Source of the DNA: Octopus vulgaris | Lineage: Eukaryota | NCBI GenBank assembly: GCA_951406725.2 | Contig: OX597814.1 | Coordinates: 165,602,001 to 165,666,000, forward strand | DNA length: 64,000 bases | Direction of reading: 5' to 3' | Shown: positions 13,037 to 26,789 of the stretch, in pieces | How the letters are laid out: each line of letters starts with the position of its first letter | How positions within the stretch are numbered: the stretch's first letter is position 1 | Translations under genes and position numbers: made by a program | Notes under the pieces: model-generated | Databases searched by the model: none | Seen by the model: the letters and a program-made list of their open reading frames with translations, nothing else | Told to the model about the DNA's origin: nothing

Positions 13037-14340
13037 CAGGGTTTGCAGGCTAAATTTGACAGTTTGCATGATAAGAAAAGAAATCACAGTATCTCGTCCA
13101 AAAATAAAAGTATTTAAAAAAATCAAAAAATATTTACTAGGTCTGGGAGATAATAGTTTACTCAAAGTAGCCGCCCTCAGCTTCCACCATAACTTTTAGA
13201 TGGCTCTAGAACCTGGCGCATGTTTTCCTCACTGTGTCACCGGAAAGATCTTCAAACACCACTTTGATCTTGAGCACCAGTTCGGCCTTGATGTTGTAGG
13301 CAGAGCGACTGGTGTCTTTCTGGTATCTTTCTCAACTGCGTCCTACGCATCGTAATCCACAGGATTACGATCAGAAGGATTGCGAGGCCAGAAATTAGGG
13401 CTGGTGTAGTTGTAGAAATTCTCCGACAATCACTTCTGACTCTTTCCGGAGCAAGGAGCTGAGTCCTCCTGCCACACATATGGCTTTCCAGTAGCAACCC
13501 TCTCCAGTGAGGAATTGACCACAGTCTATAACAGCTTCACACAACCGTCTGAATTGAGCGTAAAATCCTGTTTAAAAATTTGAGGTAGTATGACATCACC
13601 CTCACTGGAGACGGCCACAACTTCATAGTTTCAGTTGCAGCCGTTCAGGTCACGTCTTACAACTTTTAGAGGATTCACATAGCACTGAGGTGCAGTCATA
13701 ATGTTGACATTTTGAGAATCATCATGACACAGGTAATTCTTTTCCAATATTCAGATGGCTTCCAAGGCGGCGAGCTGGCAGAAACGTTAGCACGCCGGGC
13801 GAAATGCTTAGCGGTATTTCGTCTGCCGTTACGTTCTGAGTTCAAATTCCGCCGTGGTCGACTTTGCCTTTCATCCTTTCGGGGTCGATAAATTAAGTAC
13901 CAGTTACGCACTGGGGTCGATATAATCGACTTAATCCGTTTGTCTGTCCTTGTTTGTCCTCTCTGTGTTTAGCCCCTTGTGGGTAGTAAAGAAATAGGTA
14001 TTTTGTCTGTCTTTAAATTCTGAGTTCAAATTCCGCCGAGGTCAACTTTGCCTTTCATCCTTACGGAGTCGATAAATTAAGTACCAGTTGCATACTGGGG
14101 TCGATCTGATCGACTGGCCCCCTCCCCCAAAACTTCGGGCCTTGTGCTTAGAGTAGAAAAGAATATTCAGGTGGCTTCCAGTCCCCCATGTCAGGTATCT
14201 TTTTCACAGCTACAACTTTAATCTTTATGCTCTTCAATCCCGTCGACTGTTCACCAATACAGCAAGCTGTTCTTGAAAAAGGGAGACATCGTCAAATCTA
14301 GCTCGAACACTATGTAGTTGATAATGAAAATACTCTTGTT
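13037..14340 (-). mobile_element. Decayed Tc1/mariner transposon (DD37D/maT-like), interrupted by a SINE-B dimer
   Basis: Minus translation VAVSSEGDVILPQIFKQ ... RPYVWQEDSAPC ... FWPRNPSDRNPVDYD ... VMVEAEGGYFE*. TA|CAGGGT terminus at 13035-13042. Right end approximate. Confidence 0.8.
13765..14161 (+). mobile_element. SINE-B dimer, 19-bp TSD
   Basis: TSD AATATTCAG(A/G)TGGCTTCCA at 13746-13764 and 14162-14180. Second unit lacks the A-box head. Confidence 0.92.
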
Positions 14341-14504
14341 TGCTGCTCCAAATAATTATGAAAGGTATTTGTGTTTGGCTTTTAGTGGTAGTTGTTTGGA
14401 AGATTTATCCAATATCTAATGCCAGAAATTGCAATTATATTTATCTTCAAATAAATCATGTTGTGTTGTACTGAGGAGCTGGTGATTACATGTGTAATAG
14501 CTTA

Positions 14505-14704
14505 CTCTTTTACTCTTTTACTTATTTCAGTCATTTGACTGTGGCCATGCTGGAGCACCGCCTTTAGTCGAGCAAATCGACCCCAGGACTTATTCTTTGG
14601 AAGACTAGTACTTATTCTACCGGTCTCTTTTTGCCGAACCGCTAAGTTACGGGGACGTAAACACACCAGCATCGATTGTCAAGCGATGTTGGAGGGACAA
14701 ACAG

Positions 14705-14760
<56 letters not shown>

Positions 14761-14923
14761 GACGGGCTTCTTTCAGTTTCCGTCTACCAGATCTACTCAC
14801 AAGGCTTTGGTCGGCCCGAGGCTATAGTAGAAGACACTTGCCCAAGGTGCCACACAGTGGAACTGAAGCCAGAACGATGTGGTTCGTAAGCAAGCTACTT
14901 ACCACACAGCCACTCCTACGCCT
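14505..14923 (-). mobile_element. SINE-A full length
   Basis: Reverse complement of SINE-A, ending CAGCCACTCCTACGCC. Confidence 0.92.
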
Positions 14924-15415
14924 CAAATTTCTAAAATTTCTAAAAATACATTTATTCATAATATGTTGTTGGCACGAGGGGCCGCATAAGTTATATCAAG
15001 CGACTCACGGAAAGCTGTCTGTATTGATCTCAGACCTCTTTCCTTCTATTGTTCTTCTACATTGAACCTATCTTTATAGCTAGTCGCATAAAAGCTTCTA
15101 ACTGATATTAGAATCTTACGAGTTTTATTATCAATGCAGCAATTTGTTTTCTATTGCTTAGTCAAATATCTCGAAAGTTGCATCTAGTATTAAAGATACA
15201 TTTAGATATTGTCATGTATGAAGAGAGATTAGGTTGCTATATTTTAAAAAGTCCTTTGAAATATTCTTTGGTCATAGTCTCTTTTCGTCTATACTTAGGT
15301 ATTTGTGGTACTTATTATGTGAAGCACAGACAATAGAAAGGCCTATCAGGAATGAACATTTCTTTTGACTAAATTCCATCCATGCATCAATTGAAAACGT
15401 CCAGCTGTACTCATA

Positions 15416-15627
15416 CGAAAGGGTGCTGAAAAGTTCCTGGCTTTGGGTAAAAGAAAATACTGGAGGATCGGTTAATTTGATTTTATTCAACACATTCCCC
15501 TCATCAGATTCACACACTTATTGCAGTGGTCCTTTTTCTAAGCCTTGTAAAAGAACTTGGAAGGTTGGGGCTCCAAACAGGCCTTTCGCAATACCCTTAA
15601 AGCCAACAACTTTTCAGCAACACTTCG
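15416..15627. mobile_element. Mariner-type MITE with TA TSD
   Basis: TA|CGAAAGGGTGCTGAAAAGTT ... AACTTTTCAGCAACACTTCG|TA. Second copy near 20741. Confidence 0.85.
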
Positions 15628-16449
15628 TATTTGAAGGTGATTCGAATTTTGATCGTCAAGAAATAAATTATGGGTTATATTGATGTTTATTGCTATTGAA
15701 GCTTGTAAACTTAACTTTGATATAAAAATAATTACTGTGGATTTATTGCTAAACTAAACAGAATCACAGATAGACTATCATCTGGGAGTATACCTTTTAA
15801 AAAACTTATAAAATCTGGGACTTATAAAGGTGAGAATGAGCAGAACTTTCCAAACCTTTCAATAACAGCTAAGACAGTGGGAAATTTTGTCAAATAAAGT
15901 GATTCCTGTGATGCTAATTTATGTATTTTGTCGCAAGTTATTAATTGGGTGTTAATTATCTTATTTATTCACAAAATTTATTCTGAGAGTGCAGCTTAAT
16001 TAGAAACTATTTGGCACATCCTCGTATTTCTGTCTTTTCATATATTTGCCCATTAATCATAATATTTTAGGGCTCGCAGTAATCTTAAACGTAGAGCCTA
16101 ATCGAACAAATTGACCCTAATACTTATTTTTAAGTATGGTAGTTATTTATCGATATCTTTTTGTTAAGCCGCTAGGTTACGGAATCGTTAACAAACCACC
16201 ACCTGTTGTCAGTTGTTAGTTGTCGGAGCACTGCATCCTTCAAAACTTCCATGCTTTCTGAGATTCGCCAACACTATACCTGATTTTCTCCTCTCCATAC
16301 ACACACAAGCATGTATCTGACTCATACATTGTTCGCTTTCCAGACATTTTTACATTACTGCATGTACCTTATATGCACTTTCTGACAAGTTGTGGTGCAC
16401 CTGAGCACTGTATACAATAATTTCATTATTATTATTATTATTATAAACG

Positions 16450-16651
16450 GTGACAAGACACACACACACACACATACACACACGCTCACACACATGTATA
16501 TACGACGGGCTTCTTTCAGTTTCCCTCAACCAAATCTATTCACGAGGCTTTGGTCGGCCCATGGATATAGTAGAAGTTACTTGCCCAAGGTGTCATACAG
16601 TGGTACTGAACCCGAAACCATGTGTTCTCACTACACATCCATGCATGCGCC
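16450..16651 (-). mobile_element. SINE-A 5' half, degenerate
   Basis: TACGACGGGCTTCTTTCAGTTTCC..CTTGCCCAAGGTG..TGAACCCGAAACCATGTG. Confidence 0.8.
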
Positions 16652-16839
16652 TAAAATGTTTTCAACCAGCTAGGTCTTCCGTGTGACAGGTGGGGATACT
16701 TGCCGCTATGACAGGAATGCTACAACCCATTTTCTTTTATCTTTCATTTTATTTTAGCATGTATTTCTGCGTGCATTTGTTGCCATGTAGGTGCACCGTG
16801 TATTTGACTATAAACATATGAGATAGTATATAAGATACC

Positions 16840-17071
16840 TATTTCTTTATTACCCACAAGGGGCTAAACACAGAGGGGACGAACAAGGACAGACAAACGG
16901 ATTAAGTCGATTATATCGACCCCAGTGTGTAACTAGTATTTAATTTATCGACCCCGAAATGATGAAAGGCAAAGTCGACCTCGGCGGAATTTGAACTCAG
17001 AACGTAACGGCAGGCGAAATATGGCTACGCATTTCGCCTGGCACGCTAACGTTTCTGCCAGCACGCCGCCT
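16840..17071 (-). mobile_element. SINE-B monomer
   Basis: Reverse complement of the 6057 copy; TATAAGATACCT occurs on both flanks. Confidence 0.9.
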
Positions 17072-17168
17072 TTGTATCTTATAAGATACCTTCAGTTGAA
17101 TAAACGAAGCAGATCAATAAGATGATTCATAAGATGTTATTCATGTACAGTAAACTCGTTCTTCACTA

Positions 17169-17345
17169 GGTGCGTGTCCTAGAAGTAAGGGTGTTGCACT
17201 CACGATAGCAAGATCGTGGTTTCGATTCCCAGACTGGTTGTGCATTGTGTTCTTGAGCAAAACAGTTCTTGAGCAAAACACTTCATTTCACGTTGCTCTA
17301 GTTCACTCAGTAGTAAATGAGTAACCTTGTGATAGATTGGCGAAC
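17169..17345 (+). mobile_element. Degenerate SINE-C-related copy
   Basis: TTGCACTCACGAT..GATCGTGGTTTCGATTCCCAGAC..TTGAGCAAAACACTTCATTTCACGTTGCTC; related to 29530-29772. Confidence 0.65.
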
Positions 17346-19616
17346 AAGGGTGGGTTGTTGGCTAAGAAAAGTCACCCGAACGGAGGTCTCGCGAGCTACG
17401 TTTTGTATTCAGCGATCGAAAGGCTGAATAGTCCAACCTAAGCTGTGAATCCCGAATGGGTAGGGCTTGGTTGTTCAACCACTTCGAAGGCTGACTGATT
17501 GATTGATCGATTCACTTTTTATGTTATGATTTATGATGGAATATGTAGTTTACTGGTACAAGTTGTCAAGGTTTATTTACCTCAAGTTTTGTTGTTGTTG
17601 TTATTAATTCGAGCTCAGTCGTGATCGAATAAAGCTATAATCGAAGACATTTGTGCGTGATATGAGGCAGATTTGACAGCTATTCTTACCGGACGAGCGT
17701 CCACATAGTTGTTCCTATTGTTGGCTCCTTCCCTAATTATATTATTCACCTGGGTGCATTGTTTTCGTAGTTTCAATACTACGCGCTCTACAGGTATCTG
17801 ATATATATTTGCTTTGTGTGATTTGTATTGTACACAAACGTAAATTGATTTTCCACTTCGTGTTATCACATGTTTTCATAGAGTACCCATCGGTATCGCG
17901 ATAACTTTCAATATGAGAGTAATTGTTTTGTTTCATTTTTTCCTCTGCTCGTCAGTATGATCTGTCGTTCACTGATCATTTAGAAAACGATAATTCGTGT
18001 TACGCTAAAACTGCATGTCTCTGTCGTCGGATTGGCTGTTGTTGTGTAGTTCTAAGCAAGCCCAATCGAACAGTTCTATTTGTAAGTAGGTAAATGGCCG
18101 AACTACGTGATGCGACCCACAAATCCTTAAGGAAAATATTTCTGTGTGATGAAAAACATTGTTCGACAACATCAGCAATAATAAACTTCGAAATGTGAGC
18201 AAGTAAACACACTCACAAACTCAAATACATACGTCATCTATGCTTGTAGATTATAAGCAAGAAACAAAAGTATCATTTAAGATCAATTGAAATGTGTTTG
18301 TACTAAGAACACTAGAGAAAGTTACGATTTTTGGCAAACAGAATTTTTATTCTTTTCATTCACAAAAAAAAAAATACTGTCGTTACTGCGGATGATAAAA
18401 TGCCGAGATAATTTGAATGTAATTGTTCTTCGTATGATTGTAATAGTAGTAAAAAAAAAAGTTAGCTGTTCGTCGTTTTGTTGTTGTCACCAGTCGTTCA
18501 TTGTGGTTGTTGTCAGCAATTCTCTGCATCTGTTCGCCGTCCGTCTTCCGTCTCGTCTCTGCTGTCTCTAAATGCTCTCTCTGCTGCCCTCCCAGGGCTC
18601 CCTGTCAAGTAGTCAAGGTGTGCTGATGTTATACAGATGGTTAGGATCAGAAAGAAATGCGCCAAAAGATGAAATCGTTGCTGGAGCCTATTCAACGTGA
18701 AGTCGTGATTGGGCAGACTTTGTTCGTCACATGGGTAATATTCTAGCGAATCGCAGCATCGGGTGTAGTGATGTGACTGCTGAAGATTCCAGCTACATGT
18801 CTGAGAAATAGTTGAACATGTTGAGGCTAAACATTACAGTTTGTCGTGGAGAAAAATTTACGCTGATAATAAAAAGGTATTAAAATACCTAGTCAGCACA
18901 GAGCGTTTTAAAATTTTACACTTTCCGTCAGAGCCTTCGCGCATCTACTCACATAGTCTTGGCCTGGCAGACTATGACTGCAATCGGTTAATAATCTTAA
19001 TCTGATTTACGATAGCAGACGCTTTGCTTTCTAATCATCCCAGAATCACTTCTCTTGGTATCTGGTGTTCAAGTAAGCAAACGAGTCCGTAATGCATCCA
19101 TCAGTGAAATAAAGAGCGTTCTGAGCTGACTGTGGTGTTTCAACACTATTCTATGTTGAGCGAGAATTTTTTTTGTTTTATGACAAACAACAGTGAAAAA
19201 CCTTTACAGATTCTAATATCTCTCAAGCATATCTGAACTTGTTTTAAGTTTATATACTTTTTGTTACATCTACACATGTGTGCATGCGAATGTGTGTGCG
19301 TGCGCGCGCTCTAATATAATTAAAATAACGACACTGAAACAATTTTCAAGGCTGTCTTCTGCAGGTAAAGTGCAGGGAACACTTCGTAATGACATGAGCC
19401 TACTTGAATGTTCTATCTACGAACCAACAAGGTCTCCCTACATGGTCGTTCCAACTACTAGGCATAACGGCTAAACATACCACAAACTACTCTCCACCGT
19501 CTTGAAAAGGAATAGATATATTAGAATCTGTCTTAGAAACATAATACTCGAAAAAGATATAGTTATAGCTGGAACGCATTTGATCTCTCTCTCTCTCTCT
19601 CTCCCTCTCTCTCTCT

Positions 19617-19655
<39 letters not shown>

Positions 19656-19899
19656 CCTCTCTCTCTCTCCCCCTCTCTCTCTCTCGTCAGTCCGTCGTAG
19701 GATTACTTATTTTTGCTAACTGAGTGGAGAGGAGGGATGTAAAATGAAATGTTTTGCTGAAGAACTCAACATATCAACCAGTCCAGGAATCGATACCACA
19801 ATTTTACGTTCATGAGTGCTACACCCTAACCACTAAGTCACGCGCTTCAGTATCTCTCTCTCTCTCACACTCTGTACATGTGTGTGTGTGTGTGTGTGT

Positions 19900-19946
<47 letters not shown>

Positions 19947-19949
19947 ATG

Positions 19950-20011
<62 letters not shown>

Positions 20012-20102
20012 CATGTTCTTTGTCTAGCTCCTTACCTCCTTGGAGGTTTTAGGTAAAATTATACTAATGTGTCCATCTCTTTTAATTTAATTCTATGTAT
20101 TT

Positions 20103-20190
20103 ATGCAGCTGAGGAGTGCTCTGCATTTAAATTGATGTAATGGTTGCATTGTTCAATTAGACGGAATCGCTTGAAACAATCGTACTGCAT
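20103..20190 (+). ncRNA. Type-I hammerhead ribozyme motif with extended stem II
   Basis: ATGCAG-CTGAGGA-[57 nt containing AATTGA/TCAATT and TGTAA/TTGCA pairings]-GAAAC-AATC-GTA-CTGCAT. 6-bp stem I, intact core, GUA site. Lies in a ~215-bp island between two (TA)n tracts. Confidence 0.7.
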
Positions 20191-20226
20191 TACCTCTGGA
20201 TATTCTGTTTTTATTTTGATTTTATA

Positions 20227-20307
<81 letters not shown>

Positions 20308-20570
20308 TATATATGATGTGGCTGTGTAGTAAAAAATCTGTTTCTCAACCACTAATACAATGAGTTACATAATTGCATGTCAACATATGCATCACTAGTA
20401 GCATTACAGCCAACCCGCTGGATATAGCAGCTGGTATAACAGAAGGTGCGGGCAACTCGGCCAGTCATCCGGTGTCCCATAGACTTAAAGATCTTATGTC
20501 ATGTGTTTGAGATACTCCATGAAATACAAAGGCCACAAACAATAAAAAAAATTAAATTAATAAAAAGAGT

Positions 20571-21165
20571 AGGTGTGGCTGTGTGGCAAGTAGCTTGCTA
20601 AACAACCACATGGTTCCAGGTTCAGTCCCACTGCGTGGCATCTTGGGCAGGTGTCTTCTACTATAGCTTCGGGTCTACCAAAGCCTTGTGAGTGGATTTG
20701 GTAGAGAGAAATTGAAAGAAGCCCATCGTATATGTATATATGAGCGGGTGCTGAACAGTTCCTGGTTTGGGGTAAAGAAAATACAGGAAGATCAGTTTGT
20801 TATGATTTTATTCAACATATTCCCCTCTCAGACTCAAGCACTTATTGCAGTGGTCTTTCAGTTTTTCTAAGCCCTGTAAAAGAACTTGGAAAGTTGGGCC
20901 TCCAAGCAGGCCTTTCGCAATACCCTTAAAACCAGCAGCTTTTCATCACCCGCTTCTCCATATGTGTGTGCGCGTTTCCCTACCGCTTGACAACCGGTAT
21001 TGGTGTGGTTACGCCCTCATAATGTAGCGGTTCGGTAAAACTGACCGATAGAATAAGTACTAGGCTTTAAAAAAAGTACTGGAGTCGATTCGTTCGATAA
21101 AAATCCTTCAAAGCGTTGCCCCAGCATGGCCGCAGTCTAACAACTGAAACAAATAAAAGGATAAG
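20571..21165 (+). mobile_element. SINE-A with a nested mariner MITE (~20741-20961) in its internal TA tract
   Basis: SINE-A head at 20571-20730, MITE homologous to 15416-15627, SINE-A tail at 20985-21165. Confidence 0.85.
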
Positions 21166-21204
21166 AAAAAATATATTGTGTCTATATACATATTCATACA
21201 TATT

Positions 21205-21206
<2 letters not shown>

Positions 21207-21236
<30 letters not shown>

Positions 21237-21361
21237 TGTATGTATGTATGTATGTATGTATGTATGTATGTATGTATGTATACTGTTTCACAGTCTTATT
21301 TATCAATATGCCTATGTTTATATAGGATTAATGTATGTGCATTTATGGTTGCATTTTGTTA

Positions 21362-21420
<59 letters not shown>

Positions 21421-21421
21421 C

Positions 21422-21465
<44 letters not shown>

Positions 21466-21507
21466 TTGTTGTATGTATGTATGTATGTATGTATGTATGT
21501 ATGTATG
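21207..21507. repeat. (TATG)n and (TATC)n microsatellites
   Basis: Read directly. Confidence 0.95.
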
Positions 21508-21699
21508 TGTCATGTATGCGATGGATATCTATGTGGTGTCACAAAATTCCTTGAATTCATTCGCTACTGGGTGTGGAAGAGGAATGATTAAGTTAGCCGT
21601 ACACGATTAATACAATTAATTTATCATTGTGCAGTGAATTGACAGAATCGTTAGCGTGTCGAATAAAATGCTTTGCGATATTTCTTCCAGTTCTTTAGG

Positions 21700-22046
21700 T
21701 TCTACGTTCAAGCCTCACCGAGGTCACTTTTGATTTTTATCCTTCTGGGGCCGATAAAATAAAGTTCCAGTCAAGCATTAATCAACCACTAGATTTGAAA
21801 CCTCGAGCCTCTGTTAGAAACGATTATCTATTTGTTTTAATTACATCGAGGTGGTTGACAATGTTCGCTGCATTCTATGTTCAAGCCTCATCGAGGTCAC
21901 TTTTGATTTTTATCCTTCTGAGGTCAATAAAATAAAGTTCCAGTCAAGCAATAATCAACCACTAGATTTAAAACCTCGAACCTCTAGTTAGAAACAATTA
22001 TTTATTTGTTTTAATTACATCGAGGTGGTTGACGATTTTCGCTGCA
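21700..22046. repeat. Tandem duplication of a ~173-bp unit (3' part of an old SINE-B plus flank)
   Basis: TTCTA(C/T)GTTCAAGCCTCA..GAGGTGGTTGAC..TTCGCTGCA at 21700-21872 and 21873-22046. Confidence 0.9.
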
Positions 22047-22364
22047 AAGTGTCGCTTAAAATTTTCTACATTATTTTGATCGGTTGGTTACGTGTCTGAG
22101 CTCAGTATAACTGACAAGTTCCGTAAGAATTAAAACAATAATTTAGACTCTTAATCGCCCTAAAAAAATCGTTATTTCAATCCAGATGGAGATGGCTGTT
22201 GTTTTTAGCCGAATATCAGCTCTGATTGAGCAGACCTGTGGAAAAAAACAAAAAACAGTCTAGCCTTAACCATTCCGTTATTTTTAGTGTATGTCGGAGA
22301 ATATCTAATGTGCTCTTTTTTAAATAGTAAGGCGGAGTTTTCCTTTTACTTGCTTAGTCTAGAG

Positions 22365-24096
22365 CAGTGTCTTCCTAACTGTGTGCCGCAACAAGTTCCT
22401 TGAGTGCCGCGAAAAATATTTTCGGGATTTTCGGAAAACAACGATCCAAGAATATTCGTATGATTTGTTTAACAACACTCTCAAATGAAGCGATAGTTCC
22501 CAGTAAACTTCACCGTCATTTAATAACATTCATCCGCAACATAAGGACAAACCAAATGAATACTTTGAGATGCTAAAAAATAATTTAAAGTTTCAATGAA
22601 AAAGGCTGAAGAAATTTCTCTTAATTCTCGAAAAAGCTCAAACCGCTAGTTACAAGACTGCCCAGCTTTTGGCAAAGAAAATAAAACTACATTCTGATAC
22701 CGAAAACATTATTTTACCAGCCTTGGAAATCGCCGTTGGCACAATGATTAGTGAAGAAACCGTTAAACAGATTGAGACCATTCCTTTTTCTGCCTACACG
22801 ATTTCTTGTAAAATTCAAGACATTTCGTGAGACATTGATGATCAGCTCCACAAGCATTTCACTGAAGCAAAAAATGAACTCGAAAACATATGGTCCTTAT
22901 AAATTGATGAAAGTACAGACATCGGCAACAAAGCTCAACTAACTTCATTTTTGCGAATCATCAGAGGTGGTAAAATCATAAGTGAGTTTTTCTTTTGTTG
23001 CGAATTGAAGGAAAGAACGACAGGAGATGTCTTTAATCTGGTAAACCAAAATGTATTGAGAGGGATGCAGTGGAAAACTTGTATTAGCGTTTTTACTGAG
23101 GGCGCCCCATCCATGAAGGATCGAAAAAAAAGGCTTCCCGGCTCATATAGTACAAAAAAATTTATGAGTTAAAATTGTATATTGCCTGATTCACCGCGAA
23201 GTTTTGGTGTCAAAATCTTTACCTGATGGTCTCCTGAAGACGATGAACAGCGTTGTTACAGTGGTGAATACATAAAATCGAATTCCCTACGGTGTAGACT
23301 TTTTGCACCCCTATGTAAAACTATGGGTTTTGATTTTGAGTGTTTTCTGCTTCATACAGAAACGCGATGGCTCTCGAAAGGAAAAGTGCTCTCTCGATTT
23401 ATCTCTTTGCGGACTGAAATAATATGTTTCTTCGATGCTGAAAATTCTGGATTTGAATTTCTTAACGATGATAATTGGAAGTAGCATTTTAGAGAAGTTG
23501 AACGTTTTTAATTTGTGTCTGCAAGGAGCGAACGAAAATATTATTACAATTACAGGCAAATTAAAATCTTTCACCGACAAGTTAGAACTGTGGATAAGGA
23601 AAGTTAAAAACTCGCAGCTTGATTGCTTCCCAGGCGTAGAGGATTTTCAAAACAGATTTGAAATTTTGTCAGAAGTGCAAAAGACAGTTGAAAACCTCTC
23701 TGTATCATTTTCTAAGTATTTTCCATCACTTGATTATCAAATGTACGAGTGGGTCATCAATCCTTTCACAAGATACGACAGTACACATCTGCCCTTAACA
23801 TTAACAGAAGAAAAGTTAACAGACTTGGAAAACGATCCTGTGCACAAAGCGTCATTTTCTGTGCTAGAATTGTCAGAATTTTGGATTTAGCTTTGGAGCC
23901 AATATCTTCGATTAACTACTAGAGCCGTTACATCTCTGTTGCTCTTTGGATCATCTTATCTTCGCGAATTAGAGTATAACTGCGTTTATGGGAATGTTTA
24001 CAAATGGTAGACGAGGAGTTACTTATTTGTTTATCTAATTTGGAGCCGCGTTTTGACAAAATTCTTTCTCAAAATCAATTGTATCCTTCTCACTAA
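22365..24096 (+). mobile_element. Decayed hAT Buster/Charlie transposon (ZBED8/FAM200-like transposase pseudogene)
   Basis: Left TIR CAGTGTCTTCCTAACTGTGTGCCGC after target GTCTAGAG (NTCTAGAN consensus). Motifs IDESTD, FFFCCEL, TEGAPSM, CLIHRE, HTETRWLSKGKVL, LEKLNVFNLCLQG, WVINPF, QLYPSH*. Many stops and frameshifts; right TIR not found. Confidence 0.92.
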
Positions 24097-24112
24097 AAAC
24101 ATTATTATTGTA

Positions 24113-24162
<50 letters not shown>

Positions 24163-24187
24163 CTGCATATACGTATGTATATATCTA

Positions 24188-24710
<523 letters not shown>

Positions 24711-24918
24711 CACATACATATTGTTCGTATCTTACACACAACACCAGCTGTCAAGTAGTTGCGGGGGGCACAGAGGCACATAGAAACATACATACATAGA
24801 TACATACGTGTGTTTGTGTATATGATGGGCTTCTTTCAGTTTCCGTCTATTCACTAGGCTTTAGTCGATAGGGGGTACAAGTAGAAGATACTTGCCCGAG
24901 ATGCCATGCAGTAGGATT

Positions 24919-25543
24919 CATGGGCGGACCCAAGGGGGAAATGAGGGGACATGTGCTCCACTCAGGAAATGGAGTGCACTCTTCTAAATAATGTTTGTAG
25001 TGAAGTTATTTTGGGAATTTTCAGTGCGCATGTGCAGAGTTGGATTTCTTCCGGTAGGTCGCCGGAAGTTCCCTCATGTGCATGCGCAGAGAACTACCAA
25101 CAGCAAGATTTCCCGCTGGATCTTTTTTTTTTTCTCGAAGCTGCAGCCGAATTGAATATACGCGCGTCCACACGGTTCTCCCAAGCAAGCCAACACGTAG
25201 AGAAGCCCTTCTACGCTGGAACGAGACAGCATTTGGCTCACACAAGTTAACTAATGTGACTAGTTTCATGGCCCATGGCTACCGGTTCGCCCTGAAGGAA
25301 ATATATGTATATATATTGTTGCGAATTCAGAAAAATAAATATTATTTATTGCTGTTGAAGATATTCAAAGTCTTGGTTTTCCTTTCGACAAATAATTTAA
25401 TGTAACAGGATAAGACCGGCACCCCTCACGTGTTCCAGTGATCTTTCATCCTTGTTACCATGTTATTACCCACTTTTCTCCTGGAATTATATTCCCTTCT
25501 GACCGTTTGCCCTCCCTTCGAAAAATTCTTGGGACCGCGCCAG
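24919..25543. mobile_element. Non-autonomous DNA transposon nested in a minus-strand SINE-A (~24740-25590)
   Basis: Imperfect TIRs CATGGGCGGACCCAAG / CTTGGGACCGCGCCAG. SINE-A sequence resumes on both sides. No clear TSD. Confidence 0.65.
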
Positions 25544-26692
25544 GTTCAATCCCTGGCGCGTTGGTTCGGAAGCAAATTCCTTACCTCACAACGACATTTA
25601 CATAATTTCATATGGTTAAAAATGAACATTCGTTAAGAATCCAAATAGAATCCAACGTAATATAATTGATTCCAAGAAAAAACATAACTCATAACACAGA
25701 GAATAGGAACAGGTACGGCAATACATTAAATTTTCAACCAGTTAATTATTTACTAGTACTTATTTTATCGATAGTGTGGTGGTGGTGGTGGTGGTGATGG
25801 AAATGGTGGTGGGGCAGAAGGAGGAAACCATGATTGAAAAGCAAAGTGAATATTTAATAAAGAGTAGCACGAAGTCAATATATCAGAAGTGAGATATATT
25901 CTTTCCAAACGATTTATTTCTATCCTTCTCACAGCCCCACCACCACCACCACCACCACAACCGGACTAAATGACATCGTATAATGACAAGTCCAGACTAG
26001 AAGAGAATTGTCGTCTGATAACACTGGTGGTGATTTTCAACTTACTGAATAGTGGATAGAGTCTACAAAACAGTTAACTATTTAGCAAAATTAAGTGTCA
26101 ATCAATTGTGGACAGTCATTTTAAATTTCAGTGATGAAAGACGGAGTAATTTCAGACGAGAAAGAGATGGAGATTAGAGTAAGAGAGTGAGAGTGGGGGA
26201 GAGAGAGAGAGAGTGTGTACGAAAAAATAAGATAAGGTGAATAGGAGAGGAGAATTGTGGGAGTAAATAGCGAGCAGATAAGATACGCAAGCGTCGGAGA
26301 AAGGAGCGAGAACAAGTAAAAGTAAAAAGATAGATAAATCGAAAATAGAAGAAAAGGTGAGAAAGTGTGAAAGATAATGAATGAATGAATGAATGAATGA
26401 ATGAATGAATGGTAAGTAAAGTGAGAACGAAGGCTAGGGATGAAATTTGAAGCAAAACCTTTATTAGATGTAATGGCTCGATATTTACAGATCATGTGCG
26501 AATGACCTTTTTAATTATCCGAAGTTTTCTTATACGAAATGGTGCTGGTTTCTAACAAAAACACTCGTATGTATGTATGTATGTATGTATGTATGTATGT
26601 ATGTATGTATGTATGTACAGAGTACCCATGGTGTTGTATATGTGTATGTGTAATGATTCTTTAAACAAATATCACACACACAAACACGCACA

Positions 26693-26789
26693 CATACATA
26701 CATACATACATACATACATACATACATACATACATACATACATACATACATACATACATACATACATACATACATACATACATACATAC
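26693..26789. repeat. (CATA)n microsatellite
   Basis: Read directly; the complementary (TATG)n lies at 26568-26616. Confidence 0.95.

Noticed and set aside
22365-24096. Possible domesticated ZBED8/FAM200-like gene
   Set aside because: Multiple stops and frameshifts plus a retained TIR indicate a dead transposon.
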